32,000 bases of DNA, taken from Vibrio vulnificus CMCP6 (GTDB lineage: Bacteria > Pseudomonadota > Gammaproteobacteria > Enterobacterales > Vibrionaceae). A program made the position numbers and the translations under genes. Below are positions 18,727 through 29,146 of this stretch, piece after piece. Position 1 is the first letter of the stretch. Every line of letters begins with the position of its first letter. The stretch is taken from positions 1,950,001 through 1,982,000 of the forward strand of contig NC_004459.3 in the NCBI RefSeq assembly GCF_000039765.1, given 5' to 3'. The notes beneath the pieces are model-generated. The model was given only the letters and a program-made list of their open reading frames with translations. It searched no databases and was not told the origin of the DNA.

Positions 18727-21504
18727 CTAACCGAGGCCGACATCTTTTGGCCTTAGCTGAAACTCTTCAATCGAGCCAATTTCCTGACCAAGGTGAATTT
18801 TTGGTGCATCGGCGTGGGCGATACCTTGTGTATGCATCACTAAACGATTCGCTGTTCTTGGTTTGAGTTCATTTACCACAAAGCGGATCATGTCGGCACG
18901 AGTTAAGTTTTTCAGCTCCTCGAGCACTTTCTCGCGCTGATTGAACTCTGTGTCTTTATTGCCGATGGCAACCCACAAACGCTGCGCTCTGCTGCGTAAG
19001 GTGGTGTCTGGTGCGGAGATTTGATTCCAGAGTCCGCGCTTACTGCTGTGCCATTGATATTCATTGAGCTCTAGCAACACCATGTAAAACGCATTCAAAA
19101 ATTCATCAATCGAGCGCACTAATTCCGCTGGTGCTGAGTTTGGCGATTGCACATACAGCACGATTCCGGGGTGTTTGTTTAATGGCATGTTGCCGGTTCC
19201 CACCATGTAACCAAGTTGCTGTTTAGTGCGAATTTCATGGAAAAAGGTTGCAGACATCAAGTGATTTGCCAAAGAGTAAAGTGCAATGCTGTGAGGTGAG
19301 GTGTCTTCACATTGATGATAAATCACCACCGCAGAGTCCTGTTGGCCACATTCCACTTCTCGTTGGAAGCTGCCATTTGCACCAAGCATAATCAGTGGAC
19401 GTAAGGCTTCTTCGTAGCGCTGCTCTTTCACTCTCAAGGCGTTTTTCAGTGTCGTGGCCATATCATGCGCTTGTTGGCGCTGCCAATCGCCGTAGACAAA
19501 CATCTCCACATGCAGCTCAGCGAGAATGGCATCGACGAACTCGGCCAACTCTTCCACTTCAATCTCTTGTAAGGCTTCAATGAGTTTGGAAAAGGGAGGG
19601 TTGTTTGGCTGTAAAATGCCTGTCATTGCATTAAATAGTTGAGAAATAGGACGATCTTGCGCCGAATTTCGCCAACTGCGAAGCAATTGTTTTTTGATGT
19701 TATCAAATCGAATCGGGCTGAAATCTCGCGTTGCAAAGCGCTTGAGGATCATCTCAAGCAGTTGTGGCAGTTTTTGTGAGAAACCCGAGAGCGTTAGGGT
19801 GACGCCACCTTGATGAGCGTACATGTTGTAACCCATTCCAGCGATTTCGGCCTGATAAGTTTCTTTGGCCAACGAGTCGAGGAACATCTCAACGCACAGG
19901 CGGGTTTTGACAATATTCTTCGCAGAAGAAACCGCGTGTGGACTGTCTATCGCCACGTAAAGCACCCCTTTAGGTACTTTAAATTCGGTGTCCTGTAGGT
20001 GCCAGAGACGGAACCCTTCAAGATCTTCAATCAACTGTGGCAGGGTTTCATCCGCTTCGAGCGGGTTGGGATCCAGTTCGTAACAGATAAATGGGTTGCG
20101 CGCTGGAAGCTCAAACCCCCAACCTGGGTTAATTTGCGCATAGTTTTGTTTTTGCTCGTCGCTAAATGGCGTGACACGGTATGGGGTGAAGTACCATGCC
20201 GCTTCTTTGTCTGCCTCAAAGCCTTTCGCAATCAACGTCACACGCAGATTCTCAACGGTAAAATAGTCAAACAAAGAGCGCAGTAGCGTCTCATCGTACT
20301 TCGCCATTTTATAATCGCCATAGATGGTGTCTTCCGCAGCGTAATGCTGCATGTTAATCACCAAATGACTGACCATGTCGAGTGGTCGAGAGGGCTCTTG
20401 GAAGCGAAACGCAGATTCAAGTACCGCTTGTTTCTCTTTGTATCGCCACTCTTCAAGCCCTTCTGCTTTGATCAAGCGAATGTACTGGAAGACAGCTTGA
20501 ATAATCTCATCGGTATGGGCGAGTCCGTCTTTCGTCAAAGTACAACTTACCGTGAAATCACGGTAATTACTGCCAGCAGCGCCACCGCCCGCAGAGAGGG
20601 AGGTCACCCAGTTTTTGTTTTTCAGTTTGAGCATCAAACTGCCTTCACCCTCATATCCAAGCAGATGGGCAAAGTAGGAAAGCGGTTTGGTTGAGTAGTG
20701 ATGATCCATGCCTGGCAGCGGGAATGTCATAATGAGCTTACGTATCTCTTTGAGCGGCTCAATGTTCACCAAAATGCCAGTGCTGTTTTCATCACTGATG
20801 GGGGCCTCTATCGATTTACCCGCTAAATGGTTGTTGGCGATAGGGCCGAACTTTTCTTCTGTCCACGTTTGCAGCTGATCAAGACTTTGCGGTCCATAGA
20901 TGGTCAAGGTCATTAAATCGGATGAATAATGAGTGCGATAGAAGTCTACGATCTCTTGGCGAATGGAAACGCCACCTCTGTCGTTGAGTGTCTCCAAGTT
21001 ACCGACGGAAAATTTTGCAAAAGGATGATTCGGATTAACCACTTCCTTATTGACTTGGTAGAAGCGTCTTGAGTCGTCGTTCAATTTCAGACGATATTCC
21101 GATTCGACCGCTTGGCGCTCTTTATCCAGAGCCTCTTCGTTAAACAAAGGCGCGACAAAAAACTGACTAAATCGGTCTAGCGCTTTTTCAAAAACATTGG
21201 CGCTGACGTCAAAAAAGAAACAAGTATGCTCAGTCCCTGTCCAAGCATTATTGCTGCCGCCATGCTGGTTAATATAGCTTTGAAAATCGCCTACTTTAGG
21301 GTATTTTTCCGTCCCCAAAAACAGCATGTGTTCAAGATAATGGGCAAGACCTTCTCGTTCGATAGGATCATCAAAATGCCCGACATTGACCGCAAGAGCC
21401 GCAGCTGATTTGGTGGCGTCTTCGGAGCTGATCAGCAAAACTCTCAACTGGTTATCGAGCGTCAAGTAACGATAGTGATGAGTGTCATTTGGACTTAAGT
21501 GCAC
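18727..21504 (-). CDS. M16 family (pitrilysin/insulinase-like) zinc metallopeptidase
   Basis: 925 aa. GLAHYLEHMLFLGTEKYP zinc-binding HxxEH motif, full-length insulinase-type architecture. Confidence 0.92.
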   Translation of the reverse strand: MHLSPNDTHHYRYLTLDNQLRVLLISSEDATKSAAALAVNVGHFDDPIEREGLAHYLEHMLFLGTEKYPKVGDFQSYINQHGGSNNAWTGTEHTCFFFDVSANVFEKALDRFSQFFVAPLFNEEALDKERQAVESEYRLKLNDDSRRFYQVNKEVVNPNHPFAKFSVGNLETLNDRGGVSIRQEIVDFYRTHYSSDLMTLTIYGPQSLDQLQTWTEEKFGPIANNHLAGKSIEAPISDENSTGILVNIEPLKEIRKLIMTFPLPGMDHHYSTKPLSYFAHLLGYEGEGSLMLKLKNKNWVTSLSAGGGAAGSNYRDFTVSCTLTKDGLAHTDEIIQAVFQYIRLIKAEGLEEWRYKEKQAVLESAFRFQEPSRPLDMVSHLVINMQHYAAEDTIYGDYKMAKYDETLLRSLFDYFTVENLRVTLIAKGFEADKEAAWYFTPYRVTPFSDEQKQNYAQINPGWGFELPARNPFICYELDPNPLEADETLPQLIEDLEGFRLWHLQDTEFKVPKGVLYVAIDSPHAVSSAKNIVKTRLCVEMFLDSLAKETYQAEIAGMGYNMYAHQGGVTLTLSGFSQKLPQLLEMILKRFATRDFSPIRFDNIKKQLLRSWRNSAQDRPISQLFNAMTGILQPNNPPFSKLIEALQEIEVEELAEFVDAILAELHVEMFVYGDWQRQQAHDMATTLKNALRVKEQRYEEALRPLIMLGANGSFQREVECGQQDSAVVIYHQCEDTSPHSIALYSLANHLMSATFFHEIRTKQQLGYMVGTGNMPLNKHPGIVLYVQSPNSAPAELVRSIDEFLNAFYMVLLELNEYQWHSSKRGLWNQISAPDTTLRSRAQRLWVAIGNKDTEFNQREKVLEELKNLTRADMIRFVVNELKPRTANRLVMHTQGIAHADAPKIHLGQEIGSIEEFQLRPKDVGLG

Positions 21505-21820
21505 GTTGCGTCTCCGAAAATGTCAATATTGTTATTATGAACCTGAAAAGAGCGGGTGCAAATTCTCCGTGGTATTTCCATGGCGAATATTGAGATTGAT
21601 AACGCTTTGCGTACCTCTCTTTAACAGATTGTTAAGAAAGTCGAAGTCTTTAGCAAGTGAATTGATATAATTGTCGCGGCTGAGTCGAATAAGATCATCA
21701 AATAAATACTCGTCATTGTGCTGTGATGGCAGCGCAAAGCGGATCGAAAAATGCAAAGAAGAATGCAAGCGCCTAAACGCGTCAAATGATAATGATCCGA
21801 ATTGAGTCCAAGGATATTAC

Positions 21821-22285
21821 ATGAAAGTACTAATTATGCGTCACGGTGAAGCGGAACATTTCGCCGACAGTGATGCACAACGAGCCTTAACCACTCGTGG
21901 TCGTCTAGAATCGGATACCGTAGCGAAAGCTTGTGCCGAACATGGCATCACACATTTTGATAAGGTTCTTGTTAGCCCTTACCTTCGAGCGCAACAAACT
22001 TGGCAAGAAATCAGTGGTTATTTTCAAGCCGACGCAGTGGAAACCTGTGAAGACATCACCCCTTATGGGCAGTCTGAGCAAGTTTATGATTACCTGTGCG
22101 CGCTGATTGAAGTCGAGCAGCCAGAGCAGATTCTGCTGGTTTCACATCTTCCTTTGGTGGGCTATTTGACGGCGGAATTTGTCAAAGACATGTCTGCGCC
22201 GATGTTCCCGACATCCGGCATGGTGTGTGTGGAGTTTGAACCGAGCCAGCATCGTGGCGAAATCCGTTTTAGTTTAAGACCGTAG
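21821..22285 (+). CDS. sixA: Phosphohistidine phosphatase SixA
   Basis: MKVLIMRHGEAE histidine phosphatase RHG motif, 154 aa. Confidence 0.94.
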   Translation: MKVLIMRHGEAEHFADSDAQRALTTRGRLESDTVAKACAEHGITHFDKVLVSPYLRAQQTWQEISGYFQADAVETCEDITPYGQSEQVYDYLCALIEVEQPEQILLVSHLPLVGYLTAEFVKDMSAPMFPTSGMVCVEFEPSQHRGEIRFSLRP

Positions 22286-22367
22286 TTAGAGCCCAATAGT
22301 GGTTAGAGCACGATAACGGAAAGAAGGACGCTGCAGGAGATAGTCACCTGCAGACGTGAGAGCGGTT

Positions 22368-22898
22368 TTATTTCTCAGGGATTGAGAGCAGAACAAGCAG
22401 AGCGCCATCTCCGCCAAATTCAAGTGGTGCTTGGTGGAAAGCCAGCACATCAGGATGCTGCGCGAGCCACCGTGGCGTTTTTTGCTTGAGAATGTGCTTC
22501 CCGATACCGTGCTGCACGCAGGCACAATGTACTTCATTTTTCACACAGTAAGCGATCATTGCGCCAAGTTCACGCTTCGCTTCTTGTTGTGTCATCCCGT
22601 GCATATCAAGAAACACATCGGGAACATACACCCCGCGTCGCAGGCGTTTGACTTCATAGGTGGATACGTCGTCACGTGCGTAACGGGTCGGCCCTTCTTC
22701 GTTTAAAAGAGGAACAAACTCGTCTGAGAAATAGAATTCAGAGTCACTGGCTTCACGGCTAATACGCTTGATTTCTTTTTGTTTAGTATTTCTGTTTGGT
22801 TGCTGGACTATGGTATCCTGAGGCAACTTTTTTATGCCCTGTACTGCTTCCCGGAATAATGAGAAATCGTCGTCAAGGTCGTTGTCTTTGTTACTCAT
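22368..22898 (-). CDS. smrB: Smr-domain endonuclease SmrB (ribosome rescue factor)
   Basis: VFLDMHGMTQQEAKRELGAMI and HCACVQHGIGKHILKQKTPRWL Smr domain motifs; divergent from prmB. Confidence 0.93.
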   Translation of the reverse strand: MSNKDNDLDDDFSLFREAVQGIKKLPQDTIVQQPNRNTKQKEIKRISREASDSEFYFSDEFVPLLNEEGPTRYARDDVSTYEVKRLRRGVYVPDVFLDMHGMTQQEAKRELGAMIAYCVKNEVHCACVQHGIGKHILKQKTPRWLAQHPDVLAFHQAPLEFGGDGALLVLLSIPEK

Positions 22899-22957
22899 GG
22901 GTTTAACACTAAATATTTACATCATTGGCAGTATTGTAGCGCTTTTCGGAGGCAATT

Positions 22958-23890
22958 TTGGATAAGATTTTTGTAGAAGAGGCCGTTTCTGAGCTTCATT
23001 CTCTTCAAGATATGATTCGTTGGACAGTGAGCCGCTTTAATGCCGCCAATTTGTTTTACGGTCACGGCACTGATAATGCTTGGGATGAAGCGGTTCAGCT
23101 AATCCTTCCTACGCTCTATTTACCGATTGATGTGCCTCCGCATGTATTGAACTCACGTTTGACCAGTAGCGAGCGTTTACGCATTGTTGAGCGTGTGGTT
23201 AAGCGTATCAACGAACGTACGCCAACCGCTTACCTGACCAACAAAGCTTGGTTCTGTGGTTTAGAGTTCTTCGTTGATGAGCGCGTACTTGTGCCACGTT
23301 CGCCAATTGGTGAACTTATCCAAGCGCAATTTGAACCATGGTTAATCGAAGAGCCAGTGCGCATTATGGATCTGTGTACGGGCAGTGGCTGTATTGCAAT
23401 TGCCTGTGCTCATGCTTTCCCTGAAGCTGAAGTGGATGCCATTGATATCTCGGTGGATGCACTCGCGGTAGCCGAGCAAAACATTCAAGACCACGGCATG
23501 GAGCAGCAAGTTTTCCCTATTCGTTCCGATCTATTCCGTGATTTGCCAAAAGAGCAATACAACATCATCGTGACCAATCCACCATACGTGGATGAAGAAG
23601 ACATGAATAGCCTACCAACTGAGTTCACTCATGAGCCTGCATTAGGTCTTGCCGCTGGAACGGATGGCCTTAAACTCGTGCGCCGTATTTTGGCGAATGC
23701 ACCGGATTACCTAACAGAGAAAGGTATTTTGGTCTGTGAGGTGGGCAACTCAATGGTACACATGATGGAGCAATATCCGCATATTCCATTCACTTGGCTT
23801 GAGTTTGAAAACGGTGGCCACGGCGTCTTCTTGCTAACGCGCGAGCAGTTGTTGGCGTGTGCTGAGGATTTCCGTCTATACAAAGACTAA
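22958..23890 (+). CDS. prmB: 50S ribosomal protein L3 N5-glutamine methyltransferase PrmB
   Basis: [14 protein letters not shown] methyltransferase motif. TTG start preceded by CGGAGG. Confidence 0.94.
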   Translation: MDKIFVEEAVSELHSLQDMIRWTVSRFNAANLFYGHGTDNAWDEAVQLILPTLYLPIDVPPHVLNSRLTSSERLRIVERVVKRINERTPTAYLTNKAWFCGLEFFVDERVLVPRSPIGELIQAQFEPWLIEEPVRIMDLCTGSGCIAIACAHAFPEAEVDAIDISVDALAVAEQNIQDHGMEQQVFPIRSDLFRDLPKEQYNIIVTNPPYVDEEDMNSLPTEFTHEPALGLAAGTDGLKLVRRILANAPDYLTEKGILVCEVGNSMVHMMEQYPHIPFTWLEFENGGHGVFLLTREQLLACAEDFRLYKD

Positions 23891-23920
23891 GCATTAACCC
23901 CTTTGCTGACACTTTTTGAG

Positions 23921-23959
23921 AAAACGCCCGCTTTAATGATTTAAGCGGGCGTTTTTTTT
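23921..23959 (+). terminator. Terminator downstream of prmB
   Basis: AAAACGCCCGCTTtaatgatttAAGCGGGCGTTTTTTTT. Confidence 0.85.
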
Positions 23960-24089
23960 CGAGATGACCGAAAAAGACAAAATTGATCGTTTTAGGGGTT
24001 TACATCAAAACACAATAGCGCCACTATGAAATCACGAAGAATTGAAATGTATAGCCTGGTTTACAGCGCTAACAATATTTGAGGAAGTA

Positions 24090-25175
24090 ATGGCAGGAAA
24101 CAGTATCGGACAACATTTCCGAGTAACCACGTTCGGAGAAAGTCACGGTATCGCACTGGGATGTATTGTGGATGGATGTCCTCCAGGGCTTGAAATTAGT
24201 GAAGCAGATCTGCAGACCGATCTGGATCGCCGACGCCCAGGTACATCACGTTACACCACCCAACGCCGCGAGCCGGATGAAGTGAAAATTCTTTCAGGGG
24301 TGTTTGAAGGGAAAACAACAGGCACATCGATTGGTTTGTTGATTGAAAATACCGACCAACGCTCGAAAGATTACTCAGACATCAAAGATAAATTTCGTCC
24401 GGGTCATGCTGATTACACTTATCACCAAAAATATGGGATTCGTGATTACCGCGGTGGTGGTCGTTCTTCGGCACGCGAAACCGCCATGCGAGTGGCTGCT
24501 GGAGCGATTGCGAAGAAATACCTCAAGCAAGCATTTGGTGTTGAGATCCGCGCTTATCTTTCACAAATGGGCGACGTTGCGATTGATAAAGTGGATTGGA
24601 ACGAAATTGAGAACAACCCATTTTTCTGCCCTGACGTCGACAAAGTTGAGGCTTTTGATCAACTGATCCGAGACTTGAAAAAAGAAGGCGATTCGATCGG
24701 TGCCAAGATTCAAGTGGTGGCGACGAATGTTCCTGTTGGTTTAGGTGAGCCCGTGTTTGACCGTCTTGATGCGGATATTGCTCATGCTTTGATGAGCATT
24801 AATGCGGTGAAAGGCGTGGAGATTGGTGATGGCTTTGATGTCGTGAGCCAAAAAGGCAGTCAGCACCGTGACACGCTTTCTCCTCAGGGTTTTGGCAGTA
24901 ACCATGCTGGTGGTATCTTAGGTGGTATCTCAACCGGACAAGACATCGTTGCCAATATTGCGTTAAAACCAACCTCAAGCATTACCGTGCCAGGGGACAC
25001 CATCAATGTGGATGGTGAATCTACACAGCTCATTACCAAAGGTCGTCACGATCCTTGTGTTGGCATTCGCGCTGTGCCCATCGCTGAAGCCATGTTGGCG
25101 ATTGTGGTAATGGACCACTTACTGCGTCATCGTGGACAAAATCATGGCGTCAGCACGCAAACGCCAAAAATCTAG
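24090..25175 (+). CDS. aroC: Chorismate synthase
   Basis: [20 protein letters not shown] and [29 protein letters not shown]. Start at 24090 has a GAGGAAG ribosome-binding site. Confidence 0.97.
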   Translation: MAGNSIGQHFRVTTFGESHGIALGCIVDGCPPGLEISEADLQTDLDRRRPGTSRYTTQRREPDEVKILSGVFEGKTTGTSIGLLIENTDQRSKDYSDIKDKFRPGHADYTYHQKYGIRDYRGGGRSSARETAMRVAAGAIAKKYLKQAFGVEIRAYLSQMGDVAIDKVDWNEIENNPFFCPDVDKVEAFDQLIRDLKKEGDSIGAKIQVVATNVPVGLGEPVFDRLDADIAHALMSINAVKGVEIGDGFDVVSQKGSQHRDTLSPQGFGSNHAGGILGGISTGQDIVANIALKPTSSITVPGDTINVDGESTQLITKGRHDPCVGIRAVPIAEAMLAIVVMDHLLRHRGQNHGVSTQTPKI

Positions 25176-25206
25176 TTCTCTAGTTTAAAGTCATTGAAAT
25201 ATAAAC

Positions 25207-25237
25207 AAAAAGGGTGACCATCAGGGCCACCCTTTTT
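25207..25237. terminator. Bidirectional terminator between aroC and the TRIC-family gene
   Basis: AAAAAGGGTG-accatcagggc-CACCCTTTTT stem. Confidence 0.82.
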
Positions 25238-25264
25238 ATATGGGTTAATATGAGATTTCGTGTC

Positions 25265-25909
25265 TTAATGCACGGCTTCTTCAGAGTCCAAGTGGAATGA
25301 CGGTAAGCGCCATTTAAATCGGACTGCCGCCATGCGCAGCACATAACCTACCACGAGTGTGACGATAGTGGCCGTGACGTCTGGGATTTCAAATGCCAAC
25401 AATGTCAGGTAAAGACCCGATGCCAAAAGCGCAATGGACGCGTAAAGCTCTTCATGCAATACCAATGGTGTTTGACGACAGATGAGGTCGCGCAGTAAAC
25501 CACCAAAAACACCAGTCACTAGAGCTGAAACCATACAAATGCCCGGATGTAAGCCCATCTGCAGCGCAATTTTAGTACCAATAATGCTAAATACGATGAG
25601 GCCGAGGGCATCAAGGCGGATAAACAAGCCTTTGAGTTTGATCACCCACTTGGCAAGCCCCGTTGTTAAGATGCCCGCCACACAAGTGATAGCAAGAAAC
25701 TCTGGATTTTTTACCCAACCAAGTGGGTAGTGTCCTAGTAGGATGTCTCGTACCGTACCACCGCCAATGGCTGTTGCACTGGCCACCAACATTACACCAA
25801 ACCAATCCATTTTTCTGCGTCCGGCGCTTAGCGCACCTGTCATGGCTTCTGCCGTGATGCCAATGACATACAAAACACTTAACAACATGTTGAAACGCTC
25901 TAGTAACAC
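25265..25909 (-). CDS. TRIC/UPF0126 (YadS-like) family membrane protein, possible cation or glycine channel
   Basis: Multi-TM with repeats containing GAxSAGRRKMDWFGV and ATAIGGGTVRDILLG, characteristic of the family. Confidence 0.88.
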   Translation of the reverse strand: MLLERFNMLLSVLYVIGITAEAMTGALSAGRRKMDWFGVMLVASATAIGGGTVRDILLGHYPLGWVKNPEFLAITCVAGILTTGLAKWVIKLKGLFIRLDALGLIVFSIIGTKIALQMGLHPGICMVSALVTGVFGGLLRDLICRQTPLVLHEELYASIALLASGLYLTLLAFEIPDVTATIVTLVVGYVLRMAAVRFKWRLPSFHLDSEEAVH

Positions 25910-26125
25910 TTCCTTTGCGTCATATATACAAAGGGTGGAATAACAAATAAGGCGTGAGTTTAGTCACAAATGATTGGGTTGACGAATGAGAAATAGTAGG
26001 GGAAAGCACGCTTTCAAATAAGGTGAGCTAATTCAAATTGCGCAGTGTTTTGGAACAATCGTTTACCTCATTCTAAAAAAGAGCGACAATGCGCAGCGCA
26101 AGTCAAAAGAAGTACAGATCGAACC

Positions 26126-26656
26126 ATGAGTCACCATTATCAAGACCTCATCACCATTTTTAATCAGACCTTTTCTGAGTCATTCAACACCAAGTTAGAG
26201 TTGGGTGGCGATGAGCCAATTTATTTACCCGCGGATACCTCAGTTCCCAATCATCGAATTATTTTTGCTCGTGGTTTTTATGCCTCTGCATTACACGAAA
26301 TAGCCCATTGGTGCGTGGCTGGACCAGAGCGCCGACTCCTCGAAGACTTTGGTTATTGGTATGAACCCGATGGAAGAACGGCTGAGGTGCAAGCTGAGTT
26401 TGAAAAAGTTGAAATTCGCCCACAAGCGTACGAATGGATTTTGGCACTCAGTGCAGGCTTTCCTTTTAATGTAAGTTGTGACAACCTACACGGCGATTTC
26501 GAGCCTGACCGTTTGGGCTTTATGCAGAAAGTGCATCAGGAAGTCATGTCGATATTTGAGACGGGGTTCCCCCCTCGAGTGCAGATGCTTTCCGACGCAT
26601 TGCGGAATTTTTATCAAGTAAAACCCTTAGAAGTAGGCGATTTCATCGTTAAGTAA
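26126..26656 (+). CDS. epmC: Elongation factor P hydroxylase (YfcM/EpmC)
   Basis: MSHHYQDLITIFNQTFSESFNTKLELGGDEPIY...ALHEIAHWCVAGPERRLLEDFGYWYEPDGR. Start at internal Met28 of the listed ORF. Confidence 0.92.
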   Translation: MSHHYQDLITIFNQTFSESFNTKLELGGDEPIYLPADTSVPNHRIIFARGFYASALHEIAHWCVAGPERRLLEDFGYWYEPDGRTAEVQAEFEKVEIRPQAYEWILALSAGFPFNVSCDNLHGDFEPDRLGFMQKVHQEVMSIFETGFPPRVQMLSDALRNFYQVKPLEVGDFIVK

Positions 26657-26670
26657 CCACGAGATTATCC

Positions 26671-26934
26671 ATGATTATTGAATTTGAAGAAAAACTGTTG
26701 GAACTGATTGATGCACGTATTGAAACGGCATCAGAAGATGAACTGTTTGCAGGTGGTTATTTACGTGGCCATATTTCGCTCTCTGCTGCGTCTTGCGAAG
26801 AAGATGGCGTAAACGATGTGACGGAGCTGAAATCGCGCATTGAGCAGAGTTTAGAGAATGCTCGCTCAGAACTTGCGCCAGCAGATCGCATCATCGTCAG
26901 CGACTTGTGGCAAGAGCTCCAAGCGCAAGCTTAA
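26671..26934 (+). CDS. yfcL: YfcL family protein
   Basis: Small acidic protein ending in the typical helical region, directly after epmC as in enterobacterial gene order. Confidence 0.82.
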   Translation: MIIEFEEKLLELIDARIETASEDELFAGGYLRGHISLSAASCEEDGVNDVTELKSRIEQSLENARSELAPADRIIVSDLWQELQAQA

Positions 26935-26947
26935 CCTCTGTTTCAAT

Positions 26948-26981
26948 AAAAACGCCTCGTCAATACAACGAGGCGTTTTTG
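26948..26981. terminator. Bidirectional terminator between yfcL and mnmC
   Basis: AAAAACGCCTCGT-caataca-ACGAGGCGTTTTT perfect 13-bp stem. Confidence 0.88.
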
Positions 26982-26999
26982 TTTGTGCGTATCTTCAAC

Positions 27000-29018
27000 T
27001 TACAGCTCGGTAATGGCTTTGCCTTTGCGCAGTTTTCTTACCCACATGCGGCTTGGGTGTAACTCTTCAAGCACGTCAACAGGCAAAGGCAGCGGGTCGT
27101 TACAGATTTGCGAGGCGAGCAACTCAGCCATCAGTGGGGCAGAGCTCAAGCCACGAGAGCCAAGACCAAGGAGGCAGAATAAGTTCGGAAACTGAGAAAT
27201 TACCTCAATCTCTTCTGCTTGAGTGTGCGGCAAATCGGCGTATTGACGCTTAATGGCTGAGAAGTCGCCGACATTGCCAACAAACGGCAGATGATCTCGG
27301 CTCACACAGCGGATCCCTTGGCGAGATAAATTGCCAGATGTATCCACTTCTTTTGCCCACGCTTGGTTTGGGACACATTGCGTCAGTCTCTCGGCATTCT
27401 CTTGTTGCGCATTGACATCAAACTCAGTATCCAAATGGCGGCGATCGTAACTTGCGCCAATGCAAAGATGCTGATTGTTTGGGTTGACGGGAGTCATGTA
27501 GCCGTCGTAACACAGCACACTTTTGAGCTTAGAAAGCGTCTCAGTAGCAGGGACATGGCTGACTTGACCTTTGACTTGGCCAAGCGGAATGTCAGCGGTT
27601 TGGCTGAAGGTTTGGAACTCATGACCATTGGCAATAACCACAGCGCTATAAGTATCGTGTTGGCCCTGAGTATGGACTTGCCATTGCTGTGACCTTTCGT
27701 CCCAGATGAGTTGTTCAACACTCTGCTCAAATTTGGCCGTGAAGTTGTCGAGGGTGCCCAATTGCGTAAAGAGGGCTTGGGTTAGCTCTGCCGGGCATAG
27801 CCAGCCGCCAAGTGGATAATGAACCGATGCCATGTCGATCGGCAAACCAATTTTTGCTGCGGTTTCTCCTACGGAGAGCTTTTGAATCAACTCGGGTGCA
27901 AAGTTCCCAGAGAGCATCTTGTCCAACTTGTTGGTTGATTTTTCATCCCACATCAACTGGGTCACGCCACACCAATCATGATCGAAGGTGAGCGCTTGTG
28001 CGGCTTGCTCTACAAACTGGCGAGCAAACAAAAACGCGGGGGCAAATACGCGTGAAACGCCATCATGATTGCCATTGAGTAAAGGGTAAACTGCGCCTTG
28101 TCGGTTACCCGATGCGCCTTCTGCAGCTTGGGCGTGTTTACAATAGAGGGTTACTTTTTGCCCACGTTGAACCAAGGCTTTTGCGAGGGCTGCGCTGGCA
28201 ATTCCTCCGCCAATGATGGCAATAGAATCGAGATGAGATGCAGAGGTGCGATTGAAGTAAGGCGCGTGGCGACTTTGTTGTTGTCTTGTTTCCATGCAGC
28301 CTGCGATCATTTCTCGCTTGGTGCCAAAGCCTTTCACTTTTTTCATGGCAAAGCCCGCTTCAATCAAGCCTCGTCTTACAAAACCCGCAGAGGTAAACGT
28401 TGCCACTCGACACTCAGATCTCGCCAGTTTCGCCATGCCATTGAAAAGATCCTGATTCCACATCTCGGGATTTTTACTTGGAGCAAACCCATCGAGGAAC
28501 CAAGTGTCGATAATGCCTTCTTCACCGTAAGGCACCGAGGGTAGGCAATCTTTAATATCGCCCAGCCACAGATCAAGTGTGACAGCGCCATTGTCCAGCA
28601 CAATACGATGACATTCTGGAACAGCAGGTGGATAATGACGATGAAGTTTTTCCGCGAGTTCCGCCAACTCAGGCCAAGCTTGATGCGCTTTGATCAAATC
28701 TTGTTTGCTAAGGGGAAACTTTTCAAAGCTGACAAAATGTAACTCTTTGAGTGTTGCGTCGGGGTTTGCACGGCGAAAGTCATTGAACGCCTGCCAAACC
28801 GCGAGGAAATTCAATCCAGTGCCAAAACCCGTTTCGCCAATCACAAAGCGACGGCGGTCAAATTCTTGCCATCTTTCAGGAATAAGATTTTGTTTAAGAA
28901 ACACATAGCGTGTTTCTTCTAGGCCGTTCACATTGGAGAAGTAAACGTCATCAAATTGGTCAGAAACCGGTGTGCCGACTTCATTCCAGCCGAGTTCTGC
29001 ATGGGTAATGGATGTCAT
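27000..29018 (-). CDS. mnmC: Bifunctional tRNA 5-methylaminomethyl-2-thiouridine biosynthesis protein MnmC
   Basis: 672 aa. N-terminal [19 protein letters not shown] methyltransferase plus C-terminal FAD oxidoreductase ([21 protein letters not shown]). Confidence 0.96.
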   Translation of the reverse strand: MTSITHAELGWNEVGTPVSDQFDDVYFSNVNGLEETRYVFLKQNLIPERWQEFDRRRFVIGETGFGTGLNFLAVWQAFNDFRRANPDATLKELHFVSFEKFPLSKQDLIKAHQAWPELAELAEKLHRHYPPAVPECHRIVLDNGAVTLDLWLGDIKDCLPSVPYGEEGIIDTWFLDGFAPSKNPEMWNQDLFNGMAKLARSECRVATFTSAGFVRRGLIEAGFAMKKVKGFGTKREMIAGCMETRQQQSRHAPYFNRTSASHLDSIAIIGGGIASAALAKALVQRGQKVTLYCKHAQAAEGASGNRQGAVYPLLNGNHDGVSRVFAPAFLFARQFVEQAAQALTFDHDWCGVTQLMWDEKSTNKLDKMLSGNFAPELIQKLSVGETAAKIGLPIDMASVHYPLGGWLCPAELTQALFTQLGTLDNFTAKFEQSVEQLIWDERSQQWQVHTQGQHDTYSAVVIANGHEFQTFSQTADIPLGQVKGQVSHVPATETLSKLKSVLCYDGYMTPVNPNNQHLCIGASYDRRHLDTEFDVNAQQENAERLTQCVPNQAWAKEVDTSGNLSRQGIRCVSRDHLPFVGNVGDFSAIKRQYADLPHTQAEEIEVISQFPNLFCLLGLGSRGLSSAPLMAELLASQICNDPLPLPVDVLEELHPSRMWVRKLRKGKAITEL

Positions 29019-29076
29019 AGTAGGATGTAAATCTGTGATGTAGCGCGGTTAGAATAGGGCGATTGTACGAATTTCT

Positions 29077-29093
29077 GGGAAAGCTGACCACTT
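29077..29093 (-). promoter_or_regulatory. Possible FadR activator site upstream of fabB
   Basis: GGGAAAGCTGACCACTT: one half-site (GACCACTT) fits the consensus well, the other is poor. It lies about 40 nt upstream of a start site implied by a -10 near 29113-29118. Confidence 0.35.
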
Positions 29094-29146
29094 TTGTTAT
29101 GCTTCTTAGTTATTATCTAGCGGATTTTGAATTATAGGAATGTCAC

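Noticed and set aside
22958-22960. TTG start of prmB as an error or frameshift
   Set aside because: A good CGGAGG ribosome-binding site precedes it and the N-terminus [13 protein letters not shown] is consistent with PrmB; rare start codon accepted.
28098-28544. 148-aa plus-strand ORF inside mnmC
   Set aside because: Antisense to conserved mnmC sequence; no known motif.
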